Shown one piece after another: positions 1-9,086 of a stretch of 64,000 nt of DNA. The translations under genes and the position numbers were made by a program. Location of the stretch: sequence record OM339718.1; one strand, written 5' to 3'. Each line of letters starts with the position of its first letter. Position 1 is the stretch's first letter. The notes under the pieces were generated by a model. It worked only from the letters and a program-made list of their open reading frames with translations. It searched no databases and was not told the DNA's origin.

Positions 1-1
1 G

Positions 2-166
2 AAAATCGAAATTGTTGAAACCCCTTTTAATTCTGGCGTGGTTCGTGTAGAATATGAATTCAAGATTGGTAGTAAAGTTCCCGTAAAAATGGTGTATCAT
101 TGCTCAGACAAGATCACCTTCCTTATCGCAGAAGGAAAGTTTGAATCGGTAACCGGTGTAGAATAA
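2..166 (+). CDS. hypothetical protein, 5' truncated by window edge
   Basis: Open frame KIEIVETPF...VTGVE*; TAATG overlap with next ORF. Confidence 0.6.
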   Translation, partial: KIEIVETPFNSGVVRVEYEFKIGSKVPVKMVYHCSDKITFLIAEGKFESVTGVE

Positions 167-303
167 TGAAATATTTGGTAATAGGTACTTTACTTGGTAT
201 CTTGGCTATAGTAAACTCAGATGTATTCCAGAGCGAACAAGTTAGTCTGTTAGAAGACTCTGTATCTGGACTTAGTATTTTAATTGAACAAATGGAGAAA
301 TAG
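166..303 (+). CDS. small membrane protein (45 aa)
   Basis: MKYLVIGTLLGILAIV hydrophobic N-terminus; fills the gap; below ORF-track cutoff. Confidence 0.55.
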   Translation: MKYLVIGTLLGILAIVNSDVFQSEQVSLLEDSVSGLSILIEQMEK

Positions 304-305
304 AA

Positions 306-560
306 ATGAAAAAGATGATTATCGCAATTCTTGCTGTACTGTCCCTGTCTGCCTGTACTGATGCGGACGGCGCTCGCCGTGTGTTGACTCAAAACGGATA
401 TACCAACGTCCATGTGGGTGGATATGCTTGGTTTAGCTGTAGTGAAAAAGACACCTTTGCAACAAAATTTACCGCAATCAACGCAGCATCTGGTCAGGTT
501 GTAAACGGTGCTGTCTGTTCTGGTTTGCTCTTTAAAAATTCCACCATCCGGTTTGAATAA
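306..560 (+). CDS. phage lipoprotein
   Basis: Signal peptide with lipobox LSAC. Confidence 0.75.
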   Translation: MKKMIIAILAVLSLSACTDADGARRVLTQNGYTNVHVGGYAWFSCSEKDTFATKFTAINAASGQVVNGAVCSGLLFKNSTIRFE

Positions 561-570
561 GGCTGTTGAT

Positions 571-852
571 ATGAGTAATCATGTGTTGCGTGTGTATCGT
601 TGGAAGGATGAATCGTCGAAAGACAAATGGTCTATTTCCGCAGGTGGCTATCAAAAGCTAGTTGCAATCGCCAACGATGTGATGAATCTTGATGTTCTTG
701 TTTGTGGGTGTGATATCTACCAAGGCAGAAACCACGTAATGAAAATCGATGGGATTGATTACGATTATGGTATATCAATCTTCACAACCGACGACATCGA
801 GAAATTTTTGGTGGAATTATCGAAGGATGAAGTGGAGAAACTTTTCAAATGA
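571..852 (+). CDS. hypothetical protein
   Basis: ATG 571 preferred over upstream start; ATGA overlap with next gene. Confidence 0.65.
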   Translation: MSNHVLRVYRWKDESSKDKWSISAGGYQKLVAIANDVMNLDVLVCGCDIYQGRNHVMKIDGIDYDYGISIFTTDDIEKFLVELSKDEVEKLFK

Positions 853-1334
853 AAGTAAAATATTTTGTATGGAAAGATGATAAATCCAAAGAAGATTGGA
901 AAGAGGATTTTTATAAACAACTAGGATTTGATCTGGTACAGTACAAGCCAATAGTTGATGAGATTTACAATATTGATACCCCAATGAAATGCGTCATGAG
1001 TGACCGTTGGGAACAAACCGTTGACACGGTTAATGATATTGGGATCCCCGGTTGGTTGATGTTTAGTATGAATGATATTGTGGAAAAGGTTATCGTTGAG
1101 GTGAACCCGACACATCAAGAGGTTAATATGAAAGAGCCTAAACTGGTAGAGCAAGGGTTTATCCCGGAAAGCGGTATGTTTACTGCTGTGTGGATAGAAA
1201 ATGGTGTTATTCGTTCCGAGGATTTTATTGCCGAGGGTAATATGGTTGCAATCGCACGTATGCCTGAAATAAAATTCCCGTTGATTGAGTTAATTTTCCC
1301 TTCCAATTATAAAATTTTTGCTATCGAGGAATAA
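849..1334 (+). CDS. hypothetical protein, possibly two fused modules
   Basis: ORF track; internal GAGG + in-frame ATG at 1128. Confidence 0.65.
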   Translation: MKVKYFVWKDDKSKEDWKEDFYKQLGFDLVQYKPIVDEIYNIDTPMKCVMSDRWEQTVDTVNDIGIPGWLMFSMNDIVEKVIVEVNPTHQEVNMKEPKLVEQGFIPESGMFTAVWIENGVIRSEDFIAEGNMVAIARMPEIKFPLIELIFPSNYKIFAIEE

Positions 1335-1336
1335 AG

Positions 1337-1600
1337 ATGAAAGTACGTTTTAAAAGTGACCAATGCTATGATGAATTTATGTCTACAATTAGTGATGAAA
1401 TTGTGACGTCAGAAACCTCGTGGGCAAGCAAGGACGTACATGATATCTTTTCTAATATTGCACCAGACGAGGTATTTGAGGTAGAATTTACCGATAAAAA
1501 TGAAATCAAAGCGGTAAATGGGTTCCGACCGTTTGACGAAGGTTCCACATTCACAGTTATGTTCAAAGATGAAGTAGATAACTATCTAGATTTCGTTTAA
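1337..1600 (+). CDS. MKxxFK-family hypothetical protein
   Basis: N-terminus MKVRFKSDQCYDEF; GAGG SD. Confidence 0.7.
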   Translation: MKVRFKSDQCYDEFMSTISDEIVTSETSWASKDVHDIFSNIAPDEVFEVEFTDKNEIKAVNGFRPFDEGSTFTVMFKDEVDNYLDFV

Positions 1601-1609
1601 TTATGCCCC

Positions 1610-1690
1610 TAGGAAGCTCTACAATCAATTCTAAAAGTAATCCTATAACTTTGTATCGGTTTTGAATATAATTGATTGTAGAGCTTCCTA
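1610..1690. repeat. 21-bp perfect inverted repeat (39-nt spacer)
   Basis: TAGGAAGCTCTACAATCAATT 1610-1630 / AATTGATTGTAGAGCTTCCTA 1670-1690. Confidence 0.95.
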
Positions 1691-1726
1691 TGAGGTAGTA
1701 TCACTTGAAATCAAAATATAAAATCT

Positions 1727-1760
1727 CTATAAGTATTTATATAGAAGATCTATAATTAGA
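1727..1760 (+). repeat. 34-bp AT-rich core, identical copy at 43912-43945
   Basis: CTATAAGTATTTATATAGAAGATCTATAATTAGA in both places. Confidence 0.95.
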
Positions 1761-1816
1761 GAGCGAAGCGAACCGCCGAAGGCGTACTCACTACGTTCGT
1801 ATTTTAAGGAGTAAAA

Positions 1817-2197
1817 ATGTTAAATTGGTTCAAGAAAACTGATACACTAGATCTGGTTGTAGAGATCTCTTATTACGATTCCATGAATTGTCTGGTGTTA
1901 ATTGATACCCCAGAGATTCCTGTTACATTCACAAAAGGTTGTGACGTTAGGGAAACAATAAATTCCACAATCATCACGTTTGCAAAAAACGATAATAAGA
2001 TCCAAAGTGCATTTAAAGATATTCGTGTTCCATCATTTGTTCGTAGTGGTTGGTTGGACAATTATAGACAAATCCATGATGGAAATTTCGAAAAAGTAAA
2101 ATCAAATCGTAAATTTTGGAATCATACCATTATCGATGTATCCGGTGCAAAAACACGGTGGGGTAAAGATATTCAAAGGTCTATTAAGGGGAAATGA
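1817..2197 (+). CDS. hypothetical protein
   Basis: AAGGAG SD, ORF track. Confidence 0.7.
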   Translation: MLNWFKKTDTLDLVVEISYYDSMNCLVLIDTPEIPVTFTKGCDVRETINSTIITFAKNDNKIQSAFKDIRVPSFVRSGWLDNYRQIHDGNFEKVKSNRKFWNHTIIDVSGAKTRWGKDIQRSIKGK

Positions 2198-2673
2198 TGG
2201 CTCGTGAGATTGAAAGGAAATGGGTGGTTGATAGACCTATGATCCCATGGTATGCGATTGATATGTTCGAGGAAGAACTTGAACATCAAGAGCAATGGTA
2301 TATTGACGGTGTTCGTTATCGTCATTGTGAGGACTACTATGGTAGTCATTGGTATATAAAAACTATCAAAACCGGTTTCGGGCTAGATCGCGAAGAAATA
2401 GAAACTGATATGGGACATGATGAGTTTTGGGAAATCATCAATGGTCAAAATAGTAAACCAGTTCGGAAGACCAGATATAAGATCCCATGTGAAGATGTAA
2501 CGATTGAGGTTGACCTGATGGAAGATTTTCCATGCGTGTATGCGGAAATAGAGTTTAATAGTGTGGAAGAAGCATTGGCTTTTGATAAAATTCCATACTG
2601 GTTTAAGGAAGAGGTTACTAATGATACGAACCATTCCATGTATGCATATTTTATGAGGTATAACGATGAGTAG
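2194..2673 (+). CDS. CYTH-domain (triphosphate tunnel metalloenzyme / adenylate-cyclase-like) protein
   Basis: N-terminal EIERKW (ExExK), plus KTRY...EVD...AEIEF pattern. Confidence 0.85.
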   Translation: MMAREIERKWVVDRPMIPWYAIDMFEEELEHQEQWYIDGVRYRHCEDYYGSHWYIKTIKTGFGLDREEIETDMGHDEFWEIINGQNSKPVRKTRYKIPCEDVTIEVDLMEDFPCVYAEIEFNSVEEALAFDKIPYWFKEEVTNDTNHSMYAYFMRYNDE

Positions 2674-2977
2674 TATGGAATTTGTGAAGTGTAAGATAAT
2701 CACAACTGGGTTGGGTGTAGAGTCGTTTCTTGAAGCCAACGTTCCCAATTGGAGGGATGAAAGCGTTGACCCACGGGATGCATTTTATGAGCTGGTAACA
2801 GAAAAAGAATTCATGATCTTAAACGATACAGTGTATCGCGTTATTGATTATAAAGAACTAGACCCATGTGGTTATACTGACGTTGAGTGTAATGTAGATG
2901 GAACCATTGATTGTATTTCCTTGTGGTATAACGGTGGTGGATGTCTTTCCGAAACTATTGAAGGTGCTATGAAATGA
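2666..2977 (+). CDS. hypothetical protein
   Basis: ORF track, overlap junctions. Confidence 0.65.
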   Translation: MSSMEFVKCKIITTGLGVESFLEANVPNWRDESVDPRDAFYELVTEKEFMILNDTVYRVIDYKELDPCGYTDVECNVDGTIDCISLWYNGGGCLSETIEGAMK

Positions 2978-3252
2978 AAGTAGAAAAAAGTATTTTACGA
3001 GAGATGTGTTGGGGTGATTGTCCGGAAGGATGGGAAGTTTTGGATAATGAAGTGACTGGTTCCGGACGATGGTCTGAATACCATACAATGGTGTTTCGTA
3101 TGCTTGGTGACGACCGTTATTGGGCTGTTAATTATAGTGTTGGTCTTACAGAAATGCAGGATGAACGTCCATTCGAAAGTGAACCTGATATGGTTGAAGT
3201 ATTCGAAGTAAAACCAGTAGAAAAAGTCATCATTGAATATGTACGGGTGTAA
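2974..3252 (+). CDS. hypothetical protein
   Basis: ORF track, ATGA overlap. Confidence 0.7.
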   Translation: MKVEKSILREMCWGDCPEGWEVLDNEVTGSGRWSEYHTMVFRMLGDDRYWAVNYSVGLTEMQDERPFESEPDMVEVFEVKPVEKVIIEYVRV

Positions 3253-3253
3253 A

Positions 3254-3520
3254 ATGAAACGTGTTTCTCTTAAGGACCCATTAGGTCATGATTTCATTAT
3301 GTCCGCATACCCTTGCATTGAAACAATGAACATGAATATTAATATTGTTCGTTGGTTTTTCAATAATGAAAATAATATATTTGTTGAAAAAGATCCCAAT
3401 CAAACAAACCCACAGGGATATATCTTCTATGAAGATAATAAACAAGAACCATTTCTTTATCCCTTCTCTCTGTGTGTATATGAATGGGAACTAGAAAAAT
3501 TCTTCGATGTTTTTTGTTGA
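3254..3520 (+). CDS. hypothetical protein
   Basis: ATG 3254 directly after upstream stop. Confidence 0.65.
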   Translation: MKRVSLKDPLGHDFIMSAYPCIETMNMNINIVRWFFNNENNIFVEKDPNQTNPQGYIFYEDNKQEPFLYPFSLCVYEWELEKFFDVFC

Positions 3521-3545
3521 CATCCGATTGGGGCTATGAGACACT
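3517..3545 (+). promoter_or_regulatory. sigma70-like early promoter, G(-12) class
   Basis: TTGACA-17bp-GACACT with extended TG. Confidence 0.65.
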
Positions 3546-3572
3546 AGCCCCATCAAAACAAAGGAGACAGTT

Positions 3573-3809
3573 ATGAAAGATATTCTTGATTATCCATTTG
3601 GAACTCCCGGTAGTGAAGTTGAAAAGCATATGTTGGTTGCTCATGAACGTCGGTGTATGGAAACCATCGAAATTTCTTTTGGTGATGAGTCGTCATTCTA
3701 CGACTATATCAGTGGTAAGGCACCAGAAGATTGGGCCGAAGATTTCCGCAATCGTTACGAAGAAGTAACCGGTTTTTCTTTCCCTCGTAATATTAGGTTT
3801 GGAGAATAA
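3573..3809 (+). CDS. hypothetical protein
   Basis: AAGGAG SD downstream of promoter. Confidence 0.7.
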   Translation: MKDILDYPFGTPGSEVEKHMLVAHERRCMETIEISFGDESSFYDYISGKAPEDWAEDFRNRYEEVTGFSFPRNIRFGE

Positions 3810-3811
3810 GA

Positions 3812-4312
3812 ATGAAGAATTATCCGCATTTCCGTGGTTCTGTTTTTGATGTGTTCTGTAAGAAAACCGCTATGTATCCACCATCAGAAATTTTCGCTGG
3901 GTTAGTAAATCCAACAGGCCAACAGAAAAAGGCCGAAGTTCGTATCGCGACTATTTGTGAAGAATTATATGCACTGGAAGTTGGTGTGCTTCGGGATCTT
4001 CGTACGGTTATGAACGAAGTTCTTGTAATGGAACAGTTCCACAAAAATATTAAGTCAATCGTCTTCGTTGAAAAAACCGCAGAACTCCAAGCACATGTAA
4101 AGTATGCAATGGAACGTCTGAGTGGTATGATGAAGAAAGACCCTATTCTGAAAGACTACTTCGATTGGGGGTTGACCAAAGAAGAAATCAATAGTACAAT
4201 CTTCAACATGGTAAACGAAATTGTTGATGATATGGAAGCCAAGGATATTGCCAAAGCACAAACTCCGGTAATCGTGGCAGAATATAACCGCGTTAAAGGG
4301 GTAAAGAAATGA
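3812..4312 (+). CDS. hypothetical protein
   Basis: ORF track, tight junctions. Confidence 0.7.
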   Translation: MKNYPHFRGSVFDVFCKKTAMYPPSEIFAGLVNPTGQQKKAEVRIATICEELYALEVGVLRDLRTVMNEVLVMEQFHKNIKSIVFVEKTAELQAHVKYAMERLSGMMKKDPILKDYFDWGLTKEEINSTIFNMVNEIVDDMEAKDIAKAQTPVIVAEYNRVKGVKK

Positions 4313-4500
4313 GCGATATCATTTTTGAAGATTATCAATCCGGTGGGTGTTCCGTAGAAGAGATAAAAGTGAAAAATCTCCAACGTATTGAGATTAGTTA
4401 TGACGGAGGTCGTTTATCTGTTTACATCGATGGAGTCAAAGCGTATGGTAACATGTGTAGTGGCGATGATTTCCATCTAACAATTAATCCGAGGTATTGA
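4309..4500 (+). CDS. hypothetical protein
   Basis: ATGA overlap. Confidence 0.6.
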   Translation: MSDIIFEDYQSGGCSVEEIKVKNLQRIEISYDGGRLSVYIDGVKAYGNMCSGDDFHLTINPRY

Positions 4501-4501
4501 T

Positions 4502-4927
4502 ATGCGTTATGAAGATCTAAATGAAATGTGTGGTGGTGCAGTTGCTTGTGTGGAAACATACACATTTGGCAAAAACTATGTTATCTGGGATGTTTGTGGA
4601 TATGACAATGTGTATCACAAAGTTAAAGTACCACTCCAAAAGGTTACACGCGAACAGGCACTAGAACTGTTGGATTACTACGATCCAGAACGGATTGCTA
4701 ACTATGAATTGGAAATGGAACTCCACCGATACCACATAGGAATCTTTATCGACCACGACAAATATTCTGCTTGTAACTCTAAGTTTTCAGAACACACTGA
4801 CGATGTAGAAGACTGGTCTACGCTACCATCACCCGTAACTCTGATGAAGCGCATTCAATGTGAAGAGTTGAGGTCTGAGATTATTGATCTTGAACTCAAG
4901 ATCGAAAAAATTCAGGCAAGTATGTAA
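4502..4927 (+). CDS. hypothetical protein
   Basis: ORF track. Confidence 0.7.
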   Translation: MRYEDLNEMCGGAVACVETYTFGKNYVIWDVCGYDNVYHKVKVPLQKVTREQALELLDYYDPERIANYELEMELHRYHIGIFIDHDKYSACNSKFSEHTDDVEDWSTLPSPVTLMKRIQCEELRSEIIDLELKIEKIQASM

Positions 4928-4935
4928 TAAACAAG

Positions 4936-4964
4936 TTGACATCAAAATGATGGTATGAGATAGT
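4936..4964 (+). promoter_or_regulatory. sigma70-like early promoter, G(-12) class
   Basis: TTGACA-17bp-GATAGT with extended TG. Confidence 0.7.
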
Positions 4965-5002
4965 ATCCATACAACGAAATCAATCCTAATGAGGAATTTA
5001 TT

Positions 5003-5470
5003 ATGAATATTAAAATCACTAATTCTGGATTCTCTACTGTTGGTATGTTCGGTCAAAACCATCGTTTGATTGAGATTGATGGAACACCTTTGTTTTATAC
5101 TTGCACCGCATTCTCCCCGAATGACCATCGGATTTTTGTCCTAAAGTCGGATCGTCAACTGTGTCATTTTGTTCCTCGTGGTGTAGTCGTTGATGAAGAG
5201 TTTGTTTTTAATAACATCGATAAGTTGATGGAAGAATCGGAGTCACACAATAATGTGTATATTTATTGTGTGACAACCACCGGAATGATTGTTCGTCCTG
5301 TTAAAGAGTCTTTTTCGTGGGGAGCACCCAGTTACAAAGGTGGTTATTCTTCTGATGTATTTGATATGGAATCTGATTTGTTTTCTAACATTATGAAACA
5401 TGTCATTGAAGATGATAATATCAATCACTTCTATTTTGTTGATGCGGTTACTGGTCAGGAGATCAATTAA
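5003..5470 (+). CDS. hypothetical protein
   Basis: GAGG SD after promoter. Confidence 0.7.
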   Translation: MNIKITNSGFSTVGMFGQNHRLIEIDGTPLFYTCTAFSPNDHRIFVLKSDRQLCHFVPRGVVVDEEFVFNNIDKLMEESESHNNVYIYCVTTTGMIVRPVKESFSWGAPSYKGGYSSDVFDMESDLFSNIMKHVIEDDNINHFYFVDAVTGQEIN

Positions 5471-5688
5471 TGTTCAAATCACTATTTTGTAAACATGATA
5501 TGAAGGTTATCTTTGAATATACTTCTGAAAGTCCAGCAGAACAAATTTCTAGATTGACCGAACTCTTGGAACGACCAAAAAATGTAGAATCCCTTCTAAA
5601 AATGACACAAAAAGAACAAATTGTTATTGTGTGTTGTAAAGAATGTGGTAAAATGAAGACTGTTAAGACAAAATTTAATCAAGGATAA
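5470..5688 (+). CDS. hypothetical protein with CKH...CKECG putative Zn site
   Basis: TAATG overlap; Cys/His pattern. Confidence 0.65.
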   Translation: MFKSLFCKHDMKVIFEYTSESPAEQISRLTELLERPKNVESLLKMTQKEQIVIVCCKECGKMKTVKTKFNQG

Positions 5689-5692
5689 TCCC

Positions 5693-6310
5693 ATGTTTAA
5701 GAAAACTACCAAAACCGATAAATCTGTTGCTATCTCCAAACGTATTAGCCTCATCAAAACCCACGTCACCAACACAATGGAACTGTTTGACTTCCTGAGT
5801 GGTGTTATCAATAAAAATATTCTGGTTGGTGGTAAATCCGTCCAGTCTATTCTGGGGCCGTTGTACTACCCGTGTGCAAACAAAGCAGAACGAAACCAAT
5901 ATGTGTTTTCTCGTTTTGCCAATTGTACTTTAATTCGAGAAAAATATGGTGTGCGGATCACAACCAAGAACAAATATATCGCCAAAGATGTTGCAGATCT
6001 TCTTGGTCAGGTATTTAAAGTATCAACCATCAACGTTGGTGATTTAATTACCTTTGTTGTGAAGGTTGGCAAACCGTCAGGTAATGCGTCGTTCACCAAA
6101 AATGAACCGGCAATTCAAGAAGCAAAAGATAAACTGTTTGAGATCAGTTGTAAGCTTCGTGAACTTGACGAAGAACAAAAAAATCTAGATATCCGGTTGA
6201 GAGAAGTTAGTGATCTGTCTCGCCGTAATCGGACTACGTATCACAGTTTTCAACAAGAAGCATACAAGATCCGAACCGAAGCAAAAAATAAATATGATGT
6301 AACCATCTAA
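5693..6310 (+). CDS. hypothetical protein, C-terminal coiled coil
   Basis: ORF track. Confidence 0.7.
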   Translation: MFKKTTKTDKSVAISKRISLIKTHVTNTMELFDFLSGVINKNILVGGKSVQSILGPLYYPCANKAERNQYVFSRFANCTLIREKYGVRITTKNKYIAKDVADLLGQVFKVSTINVGDLITFVVKVGKPSGNASFTKNEPAIQEAKDKLFEISCKLRELDEEQKNLDIRLREVSDLSRRNRTTYHSFQQEAYKIRTEAKNKYDVTI

Positions 6311-6320
6311 GGGATATATC

Positions 6321-6758
6321 ATGAGTCTAAAAACTATAAACCAATCCCAGTTAGAAAGGGCTCTCGAAAACTATACCAAAATCATGTCTATGGTGAAAGA
6401 TGCCGTTGATATCCGGGTCAATCTCAGAATGAATGAAACTATGGTGGTTGGGTGGATTTTTAAACGTCGTGTCAATACATGTCAATATTTTCAAGATAAT
6501 AGCTTTGCTGGTGGGTTCTATACCGAGAAATATATCCGTGCCGAGGTAACAAAAAATCTATTACGAAAAATTGGTATTCTTCATATTGAGAAAGTATCTC
6601 TGTATCAGAGTATGGTAGTTATCGATGGCGCAGATCCTTTCATCCAAGCCGATGAGGAAATGTGTAACTTCATCGATTTGATGTTAGAGAAAACACCGCT
6701 GGTTGTCGAAAAAATAATTGCAAACTACCACGATTTGTATAGGGTCAGACACGAATGA
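6321..6758 (+). CDS. hypothetical protein
   Basis: ORF track, SD. Confidence 0.7.
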   Translation: MSLKTINQSQLERALENYTKIMSMVKDAVDIRVNLRMNETMVVGWIFKRRVNTCQYFQDNSFAGGFYTEKYIRAEVTKNLLRKIGILHIEKVSLYQSMVVIDGADPFIQADEEMCNFIDLMLEKTPLVVEKIIANYHDLYRVRHE

Positions 6759-7189
6759 AAAAATTTACCATTATTTTCTGGCTTTACACGTTCCTTGTTT
6801 TTGGGTATATCGTTGAAGGTCCAGAAATAAAATATGTTGATATTCCCGCCACATTAGAAGAGTGTTATTACGAACCAGAGCACACACAAAAGGGTATGCT
6901 TGTATGTGACTTTGATATCAGTGGATTCAGTAATTACGAGTCTGATAAGCTTATTGCTGAGTATGGTAAGTACATTACCAAGGAATATCCAAGACAAGAG
7001 GTTCGTAAAAAAGTTGATATGAAGGGTCATCAGTTCTTGATCAACGTAGAGACTTTGGAGACCAAAAAGTTTTTGGAAAATCTTGGGATAGCTGTAATCT
7101 TATGGTGTCTTGGTATTCTAATAGTCGTTGTTCGATTTATAGGTAATATGATTTATGGAGATTGTTATTATGAAACTAGTTTCTCATAA
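6755..7189 (+). CDS. membrane protein
   Basis: N- and C-terminal hydrophobic segments. Confidence 0.7.
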   Translation: MKKFTIIFWLYTFLVFGYIVEGPEIKYVDIPATLEECYYEPEHTQKGMLVCDFDISGFSNYESDKLIAEYGKYITKEYPRQEVRKKVDMKGHQFLINVETLETKKFLENLGIAVILWCLGILIVVVRFIGNMIYGDCYYETSFS

Positions 7190-7451
7190 TAAAGTATGCC
7201 CTACTTTCGGGGTTGATTTCCATGGGGTTAAGTTGACTTTACCCATGAAATACCTTTATGGTTTTCTGGCTATGAATTATGATGGAACCGTTGTGGCTTA
7301 CATACATCCCCCGTTATTCAATAACGGGTATTGGTCTGATACATATCCACACCGTGATGATATTTATGTTGCAAAAGTAGAGACGGATATCCATCCAAGT
7401 AAAACACTGGTATGTATTAGTGACAACCGTGTTAAAAAATATATGGAATAG
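7170..7451 (+). CDS. hypothetical protein (related to 10800 and 48049 ORFs)
   Basis: Shared LP.KY...A/V...DG.V/F.AY...P pattern. Confidence 0.6.
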   Translation: MKLVSHNKVCPTFGVDFHGVKLTLPMKYLYGFLAMNYDGTVVAYIHPPLFNNGYWSDTYPHRDDIYVAKVETDIHPSKTLVCISDNRVKKYME

Positions 7452-7455
7452 GAAA

Positions 7456-7722
7456 ATGAAACTGATTGTTAAAGAAGCCCATAAAGAAGATGGGATGACT
7501 GTAGGGCCTTACCAATGGATTGAGAAAACTGATGGTACTCTTTACGCTTGGCGCTTCCATCGAGTGATGTCCATCGAGCTGTATGATCGTATGGTCAATG
7601 AATTGCTTGATGGCAAACCACCGGTTGGTGATTCTAAAGATCTAGCAGCCCGTAAGTATCTCAAGTTCGGTATTATTACCGATCCATCAACTTTACCAAG
7701 TGAGAACAAGGACACACAATGA
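7456..7722 (+). CDS. hypothetical protein
   Basis: AGGA SD before ATG 7456. Confidence 0.65.
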   Translation: MKLIVKEAHKEDGMTVGPYQWIEKTDGTLYAWRFHRVMSIELYDRMVNELLDGKPPVGDSKDLAARKYLKFGIITDPSTLPSENKDTQ

Positions 7723-7898
7723 TGTCAAAAGATGAAGCTATAGAAAAGGCATTTTATGAGTTGTTGGAGATGGATGACGAGTATTTTGAACTACGTCTAA
7801 AAGAAACCATTACACAGGGTGGTGTATTTCAGAAAATGGCAGAAGACGGATTTGTTCCATCCTTAGTTTCTGGGAAGGATGATCCACATGTCTTTTAA
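7719..7898 (+). CDS. hypothetical protein (59 aa)
   Basis: MMSKDEAIEKAF...; fills gap with ATGA overlap. Confidence 0.55.
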   Translation: MMSKDEAIEKAFYELLEMDDEYFELRLKETITQGGVFQKMAEDGFVPSLVSGKDDPHVF

Positions 7899-8079
7899 AG
7901 TGGCAAACCATTATGAATTAGAGGAAGGTCGAGAGTATTTATTCAAGGACTCTCGTGATTGTTTCTATCTTGGTATTTACCATGATTCTTGTATAAATGG
8001 GTTTTATACAGATTCTTATAATTTCATAGAGATGGGCCGAGTTTGTGTTGTGTGGGAATTACCAAATGAAAATAGTTGA
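7888..8079 (+). CDS. hypothetical protein
   Basis: ORF track. Confidence 0.6.
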   Translation: MSFKVANHYELEEGREYLFKDSRDCFYLGIYHDSCINGFYTDSYNFIEMGRVCVVWELPNENS

Positions 8080-8290
8080 TACTATGCCCCAAAATGGTGC
8101 ATTCGTTATGGTATTGGAATGGGATGACGAACTACATAGTGATAGTTTCAAATATATTGACAACGTTCTTCATGTGTGGGATATTCCAGATATGGATACA
8201 TCACTTTCCGAATGGATTGAAGTAAACCTCAGTGATTATTATAATCGTTGTGTATTTGAAGAATGTAATGTAAAATATATTGTAAAGTGA
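8066..8290 (+). CDS. hypothetical protein
   Basis: ORF track. Confidence 0.6.
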   Translation: MKIVDTMPQNGAFVMVLEWDDELHSDSFKYIDNVLHVWDIPDMDTSLSEWIEVNLSDYYNRCVFEECNVKYIVK

Positions 8291-8354
8291 AAAAGAAAAT
8301 AGCCCATAGGATGTTCCGACCGGGCTTTACCTAAACTAAGTGAGGAAATGAAAG

Positions 8355-9086
8355 ATGTTTGATAAAATTGTTAAATTTGTAAATGAACTGGCTGAGAGTG
8401 GTTTCGTAAAAATAAGGAAAGACGATTATAGTTGGGTAATGAATAACTTCTATAATAATCCGGCTTCTCCTTTGTATCTCGAACAGGTAAAAGAATACCA
8501 AGAAAAACTTCTCATGCTTCCAGTTGGTAAACAATATTCTAAAATCACCAGTTGTAAAGGTCGATTGATTGTAGGTGGTAAAGAAAACAAGGTTTGGGAA
8601 TCTAGTTATCGCCACATGTTCAATCAGATTCTCAGTAAACATTATGGTGATGAAATTGTGTACGGTATGAAAATCAAGGATGTCATTGATACCCTTAATG
8701 AAGTACGCGAGCACATGCGAGGTGTATACGGGGTAGAAATCATTTCCCGTATTGTAGTGAATTCATTCTTTACCGCAGTTTACATAAATACAAATATTAT
8801 TGACGAAAAATTTAACGGTTATGTTAAAGATATGTTTGATAGTACAATCGATGCGATTGTAGAAGCCGGGGGATATCCAATCTTCTGTGAGTTGGATAAG
8901 TTCATCTACGTATCTCCAAACGTCGTTAAGTTCGAAAATAGCACCCATGACGACAGGCTGAAAAATATTATGGTTGTTGACGACTTTACTTATGTAACTG
9001 ATGTAGATCAGAAGAAGAGTAAACGTGTTCGTCCGGTGGATGTGGATAATCCGAAACATCTTCGATACTTTAACAATTTGAAATAG
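8355..9086 (+). CDS. degenerate family-B DNA polymerase palm-like protein (probably inactive)
   Basis: ESSYRHM ~ motif A, RIVVNSFF ~ motif B, PIFCELDKFIY ~ motif C, in correct order. Confidence 0.45.
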   Translation: MFDKIVKFVNELAESGFVKIRKDDYSWVMNNFYNNPASPLYLEQVKEYQEKLLMLPVGKQYSKITSCKGRLIVGGKENKVWESSYRHMFNQILSKHYGDEIVYGMKIKDVIDTLNEVREHMRGVYGVEIISRIVVNSFFTAVYINTNIIDEKFNGYVKDMFDSTIDAIVEAGGYPIFCELDKFIYVSPNVVKFENSTHDDRLKNIMVVDDFTYVTDVDQKKSKRVRPVDVDNPKHLRYFNNLK

